A DNA stretch of 64,000 bases from NCBI GenBank assembly GCA_951406725.2, contig OX597818.1:48422001-48486000 (forward strand). Direction: 5' to 3'. Position 1 is the stretch's first letter. Each line of letters opens with the position of its first letter. The stretch is from Octopus vulgaris (taxonomy: Eukaryota). The notes under the pieces were generated by a model. The model did no database searches. It saw only the letters and a list, made by a program, of their open reading frames with translations, and was not told the origin of the DNA. Below are positions 1 through 10,713 of the stretch, one piece after another. The translations under genes were made by a program, and so were the position numbers.

Positions 1-1102
1 GTCGCACAACCTGCTAGAAATAGCAACCAAATTTCCTCGCATCACACAGAGGCAATGATAAGCAACAGACCTTTGGAGATATGCTGTGCTTGAGAAGACC
101 TGTCAAGCCAAGTGAGATTGTGATATGTAAAAAGCACCATTTGTGCATTGGACCTCATAGAGGTACTGACATCAAGCTGAGTGAGATTGTAGTCGCAGCT
201 GATGCCAGCGTCGCATAACTGGCCCATTAAAAGCACCCTTCAATTATTGGGCGATATGCTGTACTTGTAAAGACCTGCTGAACTGAGTGAAATGCTATTG
301 CTGTCTGACTGGCACCCATGCTAGTGACACGTAAAAAGCACCATTCAAGCGTTGGGCCTCATGGAGGCAGTGACAGGAGATCAAGGCCCTTGGCAATATA
401 CTATGCTTATGCTGACCTGTCAAGCCAAGTGAGGCCGTAGTCATGGTTGATGCCAGTGTCATCAGGACAATGGTATCTGTGCCAATGGCATGTAAAAAAA
501 ATACCCATTACACTCTTGGAGTAGTTGGTGTTAGAAAAGGCATCCAGCAGTAAAAACTTTGCCAAATCAGATTGGAACCTGGTGCAGCCCTTGGCTTACC
601 AGTTTTCAATCAGTATTATCATTATTTAATGTCAGTTTTCCATACTGACATCAATTGGATAGTTTGACCAGAGATGGCAAGCTGGACCAGATTCCAGTCT
701 AACTTGGCCTGGTTTCTGTGGCTGGATGTCCTTCCTAATGCCAACCACTTTACAAAGCGTGCTGGGTGCTTTTTACATGGCACCAGCATAGGTGCTTTTT
801 ACACTGCACTAGCACAGATAATTTTACATGGCACCAGGTTGAGAGAATAATATAACCAGCTATGCCCCAAATTTGCACAGGTGAAAAAAAAGAAAAGAAA
901 AAAAAACTTTTGCAAATGTCCGCTTTCCATGATGCTGGCATGGGTTGGACAGTTTGACAGGAGCTGACCGCACCAAGATGCAGTATCTGTTCTGACAAGG
1001 TTTTTACTGCTGGATGCCCTTTCTAACACTAACACACCAACTATCCTACAAAACCCTGGTCAAATTTTGCCACAAATCAATAGATTTAAGAATAGTCCTA
1101 AC

Positions 1103-1239
1103 CTGGCTTCACTGAAAGTAAGATGTCGCAGTAAAACTGAAGATCCGAAGGTAAGTGCGTCCATGTCTTCTGTTCCTGTAGCAAACACTTTTCCTGATTT
1201 AACCAAAGCAGCACATTGGGCTTCAGCTTCACCAGGAGC
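1103..1239 (-). CDS. FEN1: FEN1 exon 6 (gene continues beyond window start)
   Basis: [45 protein letters not shown](R), XPG-I catalytic EAE and DMD motifs. Confidence 0.95.
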
Positions 1240-1393
1240 CTGTAAATATAAACACACATGGCATTACAGAGAACAGCAATAGTGTCTGTTGTTTGGCCCT
1301 AGGTTAGTCTTGTAATCAAGCAATGATCATTTGTCCTTTTCTCATGTATAGCATATTTAGCATTACATTATCCAATGTGTTCGTTCCTTTTAA

Positions 1394-2107
1394 CCCTTTC
1401 GTTACTGTATTTATTTTGAGATGCTCTGTGTTTCTTTCAATTACTTTAACCCTTTAGTGTTTGCATTATTCTGCCAAATTTAATCCTTTTTTATCCACAT
1501 TGTTTTGAATTAATCAGGCATTATCTTGGAGCTATGAGATTTTGATGAGGTAGCTGTTAATTTTTAAAACGACATTGTAGGGCTGGTGTGAGAGACCAGA
1601 TCTGGCCAGTTTGAACATAAAACAGGTAGAATACTTTTGGCTGGATATGGCCGGTTTAAATGCTAAAGGGTTAAATATCATCATCATCGTTTAACATCCG
1701 CTTTCCATGCTAGCATGGGTTGGACGGTTTGACTGGGGTCTAGGAAGCCAGGAGGCTGCACCTAGCTCCAGTCTGATCTGGCAGAGTTTCTACAGCTGGA
1801 TGCCATTCCTAATGCCAACCACTCCGTGAGTGTAGTGGGTGCTTTTTACGTACCACCGGCAGAGGTGCCAGGTGAGGCTGGCAACGGCCACGATCGGTTG
1901 GTGCTTTTTACGTGTCACCGGCACAGAGGCCAGTCGAAGCGGCGCTGGCAACAGCCACGTTAAGAATTTAGTAAAATAACATAGTTATCATTTAGCTAGT
2001 GTTAGGAACATAAATTGCAACTATGGTTTGGTGGAAGATTTTAATTCAAAACTTATGAAAACAAGATATTTGCACTCAGAGCCAGAGCCGGTTTGGTAAT
2101 GAAAGGG
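1394..2107. mobile_element. piggyBac-like MITE family A, interrupted by two nested insertions
   Basis: TTAA-CCCTTTC...GAAAGGG-TTAA ends; an uninterrupted sister copy lies at 21777-21998. Confidence 0.8.
1450..1670. mobile_element. piggyBac-like MITE family B (other copies 5062-5284, about 17048-17249, 39926-40146, 56646-56864, partial near 31005)
   Basis: CCCTTTAG...CTAAAGGG terminal inverted repeats flanked by TTAA on both sides. Confidence 0.85.
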
Positions 2108-3117
2108 TTAAAAGATGATAGGATGCAATTTAAGGCAAATTTAGTCACCATTTCTACCAACCCTAACTCGTGCAACAAAACAGAATTTTAATGTTATGTG
2201 AATTGTATCATGGTGTGAACTATTATATCTTGCTATTGATGTTAAAATTACATTTGTGCAACTAAATGTAGAAAATACGAGTGTAATTAGTCAAATTTGC
2301 ATGAAAGCAAGCAAATGCAATAATGTATAGTAGTATCACATCCTCATTGTTTTAACGTCTATTTTTCCATGCTTGCATGGGTTAGAGTTCATTAAGGCAG
2401 ACTTTCTGCAACCAGTTGGCCCTCCCTGTCACCAGCTGGTCACAGGAAGAGCAGCTAGCCATACAAAAGGTGCTGTGTAGTGGGACTGAACGTGAAACCA
2501 TGTGATAGGGCAGTAAACTTCTTAACCACACAGCATGCCTGCGACTATCTTACAAATGCAATAGAGTGAAATGAAAGGACTACAATGAAGCTATCACTTA
2601 GAAAAAAAAAATGTTGAAGTTTTTAAAATAAAAAAAATTGGACAAGGGAGATAACTCCTTTGGCCAATATAGAGTGGAGTGGATCTGGGTTTTAAAGGTA
2701 ATTGCTGAGAGCTGATTCAATTAAGAAACCTCTACACGATCATTTGACCAGCTAGAAATAGCTGCCACACAACACCTAATGTCTAAAAAAAGGATGGACA
2801 GTAGCTAATATAGTTTTATATAAAAGACAGAATGGTCAAAAATTGAATGTTTTTGATCAATCCAATATTTGCTCTTCAGAGTTCTTGTGTATTAAAACAC
2901 TTGCTTTGTTTATCAGATATTTATTAGAACTTGGGTTGGACACAAAACTTTGTACCAAAGCAAGGAATTACAGATGCTGAGTCTACTTTACTTGCTTCAG
3001 GTATAGGGTACCAGCAGAATGTGAGGAAGTACAAAAAAATCTAGACAGTCAAAGAAGAGCAGCATGTCCAAACTATAAGATTCATCACAACTTGTCATAG
3101 AGCAGAGGATAGTTCTG

Positions 3118-3508
3118 TCATCATCATCATCATCGTTTAACGCCCGTTTTCCGCACTAGCACAGGTTGGACGGTTCGACCGGGGTCTGGGAAGCCAGGGC
3201 TGCACCAGGCTCCAGTCTGATCTGGCAGTGTTTCTACAGCTTGATACCCTTCCTAACGCCAACCACTCCGCGAGTGTAGTGGGTGCTTTTTATGTGCCAC
3301 CTGCACAGGTGCCAGTGGGGTCTGGCATCGGCCACGATCAGTTGGTGCTTTTAACGTGCCACCGGCACGGAAGCCAGCCAAGGCGGCGCTGGCATCGGCC
3401 ACGTTCGGATGGTGCTTTTTATGTGCCACCGGCACAGAAGCCAGTCGAGGCGGGGCTGGCAACGACCACGTTCGGACGGTGCTTTTTATGTGCCACCGAC
3501 ACAGGTGT
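3118..3508 (-). mobile_element. SINE-like family D with (ATG)n tail and internal ~60-bp TGGCACGTAAAAAGCACC subrepeats (also 1678-1961, 6590-7175, 16660-16947, 23270-23748, 24150-24715, 30320-30843, 31598-31885, 36060-36455, 47742-47868, 50890-51135, 62302-62675)
   Basis: More than 10 dispersed copies share GGCGTTAGGAAGGGCATCCAGCTGTAGAAAC...CCATGCTAGCATGGAAAGCGGACGTTAAACGATGATG; variable 5' truncation. Confidence 0.85.
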
Positions 3509-3710
3509 GGACCAAAAGTAACACACAAAATAAGTTCAATACAGTCTGGAACTGTCAAAGACAGGTTTCAATTTTTCTAAAATTTTAATAAAATAAACCA
3601 GATCAAAGCTCCATTTAGTCATTCAAGTAAAGAAATACAACAATTAGTAATTCCTCAGAATATATTCCCTCAAAATTATTTTTTAAAGAATCAACCAAAC
3701 AATAACCTAC

Positions 3711-3820
3711 GTCAACATAGGGTATTCCCATCAGAGCTAGCAGCTGCTTACATTCTTCATTGTGTTCTTTTGTGACTTTAACGAGGCGCCGATTAAATTT
3801 CTCGACATTTTCCACATCCC
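3711..3820 (-). CDS. FEN1: FEN1 exon 5
   Basis: [37 protein letters not shown]; CAG acceptor and GTAGG donor. Confidence 0.95.
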
Positions 3821-4071
3821 CTGAAAGAAATTGGACATTGTAGTTGATTCAGATATTTATATTAGAAAATGGAAAATGAACGGCATTAGGAAACATTTCA
3901 CAAGGAAAAACTGTAATTAGAACTTAATAAGACATGGTCACAGAAAGGCTTTCAAATTACATGGTTACAAGTTTGATAGCACTGCACACAGAATGAGACA
4001 ATTGGGCATAGATGATTTGGCATGGCTGACTGGACATTCAATCTATTTTGGCAACAGTACTTGGAGTGCTG

Positions 4072-4408
4072 TGAAGGCGCGTGGCTCAGTGGTTAGAGCG
4101 TCGAGCTTACGATCGTGAGGTTGTGAGCTTGAATCCCGGACCGGGCTGCGTGTTGTGTTCTTGAGCAAGACACTTTATTTCACATTGCTCCAGTTCACTC
4201 AGCTGTAGAAATGAGTTGCGACGTCACAGGTGCCAAGCTGTATCGGCCCTTGCCTTTCCCTTGGACAACGTCGGTGACGTGGAGAGGGGAGGCCGGTATG
4301 CATGGGCGACTGCTGGTCTTCCATAAAACAACCTTGCCCAGACTTGTGCCTTAGAGGGTAACTCTCTAGGTGCAAACCCATGGTCAGTGTCTGACCGAAG
4401 GGGGTCAC
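4072..4408 (+). mobile_element. tRNA-derived CORE-type SINE family C (also about 27977-28265, 39062-39392, 41713-42285, 45300-45500; related heads at 43838, 44996, 46815, 51566)
   Basis: tRNA-like head GGCGCGTGGCTCAGTGGTTAGAGCG with A box, CORE-like TTCTTGAGCAAGACACTT; multiple copies. Confidence 0.8.
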
Positions 4409-4778
4409 CACCACCACTTGGAGTGCTGGAGGCAAACAGACATGTGAGTTCAGAGAACTTCTACCTTTGTTGGTAACAAAGGGTCTCTCCCTCAGAGTGA
4501 AAGGCAGATTGTATGATGGCTGTGTGCATACAGCCATGCTAGATGGCGCTGAAACAATGTCTGCAGAAAATACATGGCAGGGAAGAAGGAAATTCCAATG
4601 CAGAAGGACTGGAAAAACATGAAGAGTGCAGGGTTTAGGCAGAAAAACATAGCAGAGGGGTGAAGTGGAGTAGAAACAAGGTTATTGGATAGGCTCAGAA
4701 GCATTATAAATGGGAAATATTACAAGTCATTGTCAACAGGTATAAAAGGTATCTAGTCAGAACGAAACCAATTCTTAC

Positions 4779-4842
4779 CAACTTCTTCAGCTTTTTCCAG
4801 AGCTTTCTGAGCTTCTTCTCGTCTTTCTTTTCTTTTCTCCAA
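4779..4842 (-). CDS. FEN1: FEN1 exon 4
   Basis: LEKRKERREEAQKALEKAEEV(G), helical arch; TAG acceptor and GTAAG donor. Confidence 0.93.
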
Positions 4843-5061
4843 CTATGAAAACAAAAAAGATTTTTGTAGAGTTTTTTTTTATGCATTCACTGTTAAAAAG
4901 AAAATATCATCTTGGAAATATTATCTATCATTATCCATAATCAATGTAATCTATTGACAAATTATCTTAAAATATAATTAAATTGTAGAAAGGTTTCTTT
5001 GTTTCTCTTTCTCTCATCTTGTAAGACCTTTCCACTAAATAACACCAACCCAAAGGTTTAA

Positions 5062-5284
5062 CCCTTTAGCATTTAAACCGGCCATATCCAACCAAAAGTA
5101 TTCTGCCTGTTTTATGTTCAAACTGGCCAGATCTGGTCTCTCACACCAACCCTACAATATCGTTTTAAAATTTAACAGCAACCTCATCAAAATCTCATAG
5201 ATACAAGATAATGCATAATTAGTTCAAAACAATGTGGATAAAAAAAAGGATTAATTTTGGCAGAATAATATGAACACTAAAGGG
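5062..5284. mobile_element. piggyBac-like MITE family B, inverted relative to 1450-1670
   Basis: TTAA target duplication; reverse complement aligns over its full length with 1450-1670. Confidence 0.85.
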
Positions 5285-5747
5285 TTAATTTAATTCAAAT
5301 CATGGTTTATTTTCCAAGTTGTTTAAACTTCAATTCAATATAACACACATGAGAAATATAAGGTTGCTTATAATTGTATATTTATGGTTATTCATTTAAA
5401 AACTGTGTACAGTGGCGGAAACACCACAGAAGAACAAAGAGTATGTGATAACAAAAAGACAATCAGACACTGTGAGGTGGTAGAGAGAAAACAGATGCAA
5501 AATTGTAATCTTAGATACCCTTAAAAAAAGTGATGGCCACAGATGGAATATTTCTGATCATAGGTCTGTTCAATCAAAGTCAACCTAGTGCTAAAGAAGA
5601 ACAAGAAGAAGAAATTGCTAAACTTGAGTTCTCCCTTCCCCCTACCTGATGTGTCCCTTGTCACAATAGAACACTAATCCCCCAAAAATGTCCTCATGAA
5701 CCAAAGTAGAAACTAGAAATTTGACAATCATTTGGTAGATTACTATC

Positions 5748-6098
5748 GGATCTTTTCGCTTTGACCGGCAGATTTTAAAAATAATTTCTTTGTAACTAAA
5801 CACTTTTAAACTTCGTATACAGGTAGTGTGTTACATAGTTTGTAAGCTATTTGTTGTTTAATTTCTTGTTGACAAACTACGACAGAAATTGTATTCACCT
5901 CAATAGACGTCATTGATTGGTTGAAATTGCCGAAATGCAAGAAATTAAACAACAAATATCTTACAATCTACAGAATTTTCTCAAGAAAGCCAAGAGAAAA
6001 AGATGTTTTATGTAACACACTACCAGTATACGAAGTTTAAAAGTGTTTAGTTACAAAGAAATTATTTTAAAAATCTGCCGGTCAAAGTGAAAAGATCC
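5748..6098. mobile_element. GGATCTTTTC-TIR MITE, fold-back variant
   Basis: Terminal inverted arms of about 75 bp; homologous to 10314-10713. Confidence 0.75.
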
Positions 6099-6226
6099 TA
6101 ATCTAAATTAACAATGGTAATGGTGTATCGTAGACAAATTTGAAAAGTATTGTTCGTGTTTAACTGTCCAATACTTCGATGATTAAACTTCAAAGTATGA
6201 AGAAAGAAAAATGTTTTAAATATTAC

Positions 6227-6329
6227 CTCCCCTGATTTCATCTCTGGTGGTTTCCCATCAAAAACATAAACTGGCTTGATCCCATTTTCTATCATACGAA
6301 TTGTTCGATAGAAAATACCCATAAGATGA
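6227..6329 (-). CDS. FEN1: FEN1 exon 3
   Basis: (S)[34 protein letters not shown]; AG/GT boundaries, phases 2 to 0. Confidence 0.95.
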
Positions 6330-7659
6330 CTGAAAACAGAAGAATATTAAATGTAAATGAAATGTAAAGATTTCTTTAGAAATGATGATTATATTATTAA
6401 TCTCTGTTTAAAATCCAACCAAAAAGCATTGCATAGCCAACCACTTTACATTGTCCTGGGTGCTGTTTTTCATGACATTGACATGTAAGGTTACCAAGGA
6501 ACTTAAAAGACAAACAAAAAGTCCCCTCTACTGAGTGGAAATACATTTGAGAGTGGAGGTAATGACTTCAGGTAGGTTTTGAAAGGATGCTTGCGAAGAC
6601 CTGTTGAGGCAAGTGAAATCAATCAAAATCAAAATCGATGACTGGCATCCGTGCTAGCAGGGTGCAAAGAGCACCATACGAGTGTGATCATTAACAGAGT
6701 GGCTAACCGGCTTCAGTGCCAGTGGCATATAAAAGGCACCATTCGAGCATGATCGTTACCAGCGTCACCTTACTGGCACTTGTACCCGTGCTAGTAGGGT
6801 GCCAAGAACACCATCCGAGTGCGATCGTTGCCAGAGCAACCAACTGGCTCCCGTGCCAGTGGCACGTAAAAGGCACCATTCGAGCATGATCGTTACCAAT
6901 GTCACCTTACTGGCACCTGTGCTGGTGGCATGTGTAAAAGGATTCAAGCGAGATCATTGCCAGTACTGCCTGACTGGCCCCCGTGCCGGTGGCACGTAAA
7001 AAGCATCCACTACACTCTCGGAGTGGTTGGCGTTAGGAAGGGCATCCAGCTGTAGAAACTCTGCCAAATCAAGATTGGAGCCTGGTGCAGCCATCTGGTT
7101 CGCCAGCCCTCAGTCAAAATCGTCCAACCTATGCTAGCATGGAAAGCAGACGTTAAACGATGATGATGATGATGAAAGTATGATAGAGGGACAAGCATAG
7201 GTGCCTTGTTAAAGAGGAGATATATGGCTGTCCTGCATTATGTAAAGTGTGGATGGGAGTAGATGGAAAGAATATAAACCTAGTGATGATGAGGTGCCAG
7301 AATGAACTTTCAAGGTATGAGAAGGTGAGTACAAAGGAGAATACAGAGAGCTTGTGGGTGGAGGGAGATAATGGATAAGTCTATAAGAGTATCAAAGGAG
7401 AGTGAGAGATGGTTAGAGATAGGGCTATAGGTGAATGTAGTGAGTGATGGTAAATATCAATAAGTAGGTGGAGTGAGAGAGAGAAGAGGCTGAAGAAGGA
7501 GGATGTGTCAAGCAGCAGTACAAGAGGAGTAGAGAGCAGCTGCATCATTAATTTGTAGAGAGATCAGAAGGTATGTACTTGAAACAGTGTTAGATTAAAA
7601 TAAAGTCTAGCCGGCACTGCTCTGCATTTGTTTCGGCAAAACAAAAGATGATAAAATAC

Positions 7660-7762
7660 CTGGTAGTTTCTCCACTTTCATTTGTTAAATTAGAGCCATC
7701 TTGTCGCACAGCTATCAAAAACTGATATATGCTCATTGAAGCATCTATAGCTATTTTACGAC
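7660..7762 (-). CDS. FEN1: FEN1 exon 2
   Basis: [34 protein letters not shown](S), XPG-N domain; AG/GT boundaries, phases 1 to 2. Confidence 0.95.
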
Positions 7763-8140
7763 CTGAAAAGAGAGACAAAAAATGTCATTTGTAAACATAT
7801 GCAGACAGGTGAAGAAATAAAATTGTTTATATTATACTAGCGTTCATCTAACTTAATTTTTTAGGGTAACAAACTTACCTGGTTTAATAATACCACCTAT
7901 CTACTGAGTGCTTTTAGAAGAGTTTACTTTGTTGTAAGTGGCCACCAGACCAAGTACCAGGCCTCGTGATAACTCAATGTATTGCTTCCTATTGCAGTAA
8001 ACCCAAAAGTCATTCATATGTACCACCCTTCCTTATCTGACTAAGCCACCATATTTTTTTTTTCAGTTGTTAGTGAGATATTTTGGACAGCAAGAAAAGG
8101 GCTCCTTCCTTTTATGTGTATATATATCTATATATATACA

Positions 8141-8525
8141 GGCGCAAGAGTGGCTGCGTGGTAAGTAGCTTGCTTACCAACCACATGGTTCTGGGTTCAG
8201 TTCCACTGCGTGTCACCTTGGGCAAGTTCTTCTACTACAGCCTCGGGCCGACCAAAGCCTTGTGAGTGGATTTTGTAGACAGAAACTGAAAGAAGCCTGT
8301 CGTATATGTGTATATATATACATGTATGTGTGTATATATGTTTGTCCCCCCAACATCGCTTGACAACCGATGTTGGTGTTTGCATCTCCGTAAACTAGCG
8401 GTTTGGCAAAAGAGACCGATAGAATAAGTACTAGGCTTACAAAGAATAAGTCCTGGCGTCGATTTGCTTGACTTAAGGTGGTGCTCCAGCATGGCTAGTC
8501 ACATGATTGAAACAAGTAAATGAGA
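8141..8525 (+). mobile_element. tRNA-derived CORE-type SINE family B with internal (TA/TG)n (also 20082-20457, 38105-38480, 45993-46392, 48793-49130, 49825-50215)
   Basis: TGGCTGTGTGG A box, GGTTCAGTCCC B box, CCTTGGGCAAGT CORE-like block, conserved GACTGAAACAAGTAAAAGAG tail. Confidence 0.85.
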
Positions 8526-8689
8526 GACAGTTCAAACTTGAACTTATTCCAATAACTACATCCCGCTATACTGAAAACTGAGAAATAGATGAAACAAGTT
8601 TAATTCAAGATCATTTAGTTATTATTATTATTACTATTCTTCATGACTAACAGACCACTTTTAAAAATAGGAAAATATGAAAAATGAAG

Positions 8690-9325
8690 AATGCTCCAGC
8701 AGATTTCCCAAGTGTTTATTGTTGAACAAGATTTCATCATCACCAACCTCAACTATGCTCAGACTGCTTCCCATGCTGGCTTAAGTCAATCAGTTCAACA
8801 GGCACCGATAGATCAGTGGATGCCATTTTGCTCCAATGTTTCCATGAGGCTCAACAATCTGGGATCAGTCTTCGCAGCTTTATTCCACATCTTGAGTCTC
8901 TCTCTTCCCCAAGTACTAGGCACTATAATCAGTTGGCACATCTTTATACAGCTGTCCTCCTCATCCATACACATCACATGTTTGTACCAATACAGTCATC
9001 TCTCTTGCACACTGCATCTTATTTCTCTTATGCCCAATTTTTTTCCTTAACAAATTTGTTGCCTATTATTCATGCATGCTGACATTGCACATCCAGCAGA
9101 GTGTGCTTGCTAGCTTGATTTCTTTCTAGCCTTTGCATTCAGTGCCCAGGTTTCACTACCATGCAGTACTGCAGTTCATACACAAATACCATACAGTCCA
9201 CATCTCTTGCAGAGTGGGGGGAACCTTTTATCACAGAGCAGTAATAGTACCCTGAACTTTTTCCAGCCTGTTCTTATTCTGGTTACTATCTTTTTCAGAA
9301 CATCCTCCTCCACTATTTGGGAACA
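8690..9325 (-). mobile_element. Degenerate RTE-like LINE fragment (another at about 4430-4560, plus strand)
   Basis: Residual peptide RIRTGWKKFR.LL typical of the RTE ORF C-terminal region; many stops and frameshifts. Confidence 0.55.
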
Positions 9326-10313
9326 ACAAAGGTGAAAAGGTGGATTTTCGCGGGAGATAATGGGTGGGAAAAATGATGCGAAAGTGTACACGGGCCCACT
9401 TTTGCGAATCAAGGAATCAGATACGCTTTAGGAAGTTAATGAAGCTTCTACGAGATTGCTTGACTCAGAAATATCAACCAAGCTTTTAAAATGGAAGGAG
9501 ATCTATATCAACAACTAGGTATGTTATCAAGAATGTGAGAGAATCTGTTTTCCTTGTGCTCTAAGAGTTTATTGTTCCTGCATATTTGTCACATACAAAA
9601 TCTGCTTTCCTTGTTAACCTGCTTGTGATACCTCTGCACCTCTTGTCCATGGTTTGTACTTAGTACACCATATGGAATTCCTACTTACTCCTTTTCTGTA
9701 TATCAAGCAAGCTTGATGTTATCATTGTGACAGAGTGTGGTGTGGTTGTTACGACTGTTAATTACCTTCTATAGTGTTTCACTGTTTAATTTTGTAGCTT
9801 ATATTGGATACATATATTGGTTACAAATTTTGGCACAAGGCCAGTATTCTCGAGGGAGGCAGCTAAATCAGTTACACTGACCTTGGTTTTCAACTGGTAC
9901 ATACTTAACCAACCCCAAAAGGATGAACGGCAAACTCAACCTTGGCAAAAATTCAGCTCAGACTGTAAAGATGGACGAAATACCTATTTCTTTATTGCCC
10001 ACAAGGGGCTAAACATAGAGGGGACAAGCAAGGACAAAGGATAAGTCGATTACATCGATCCCAGTGCATAACTGGTACTTTATTTATCGACCCCTGAAAG
10101 GATAAAAGGCAAAGTCGACCTCGGTGGAATTTGAACTCAGAACGTAACGACAGACGAAATACCGCTAAGCATTTTGCCTATGCTAACAATTCTGCCAGCT
10201 TTCTGCCCTACAGATACAAATATTAACTAAGTTTAATCTTTAGTTGTTCGATTTTGAGTTTTATTTCAATTGTGTGTGATGTTTATTATTTAACTCTTGT
10301 CAGCACTAATATG

Positions 10314-10713
10314 GGATCTTTTCAGTTTGAACAGCAGTTTTTAACATAATTTCTAGGTAACTAAAAAATTTTAAGCTTCATATACTGGTAGAATGTGTTT
10401 ATAAAACATATTTTTCTCTTGGCTTTGAGAAAATTCTATAGTTTGTAAGATATTTGTTGTTTTTTTTCTTCACTTTCTGCAATTTCAACCAATCAATGAC
10501 GTCCATTGAGGTAAAAAAAAACATTCTGTGCCGTATGAATATGTCCCTCGTTTAAGAAACAGATTGGGTTTATTTACATTTGTGAAGAAAAAGATACCCT
10601 TTCCCCACCCCTAAAACAGATTGAAATGCAATAGATCGATACTAGGGTCATAATTATGGGTGACAATTTCATGACACCGCTAGAAAAAACTGCCGTTCAA
10701 ACCGAAAAGATCC
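10314..10713. mobile_element. MITE with GGATCTTTTC TIRs and 8-bp TSD (Merlin-like by GG termini and TSD length)
   Basis: CTAATATG duplicated exactly at 10306-10313 and 10714-10721. Confidence 0.8.

Noticed and set aside
4072-4145. tRNA gene calls for SINE heads (also 41713, 44996, 46815, 54890)
   Set aside because: No complete cloverleaf with acceptor stem; each continues into a repeated SINE body.
7871-7882. U1 snRNA-like 5' end (ACTTACCTGG)
   Set aside because: No U1 stem-loops or Sm site follow; it is simply a splice-donor consensus on the minus strand.
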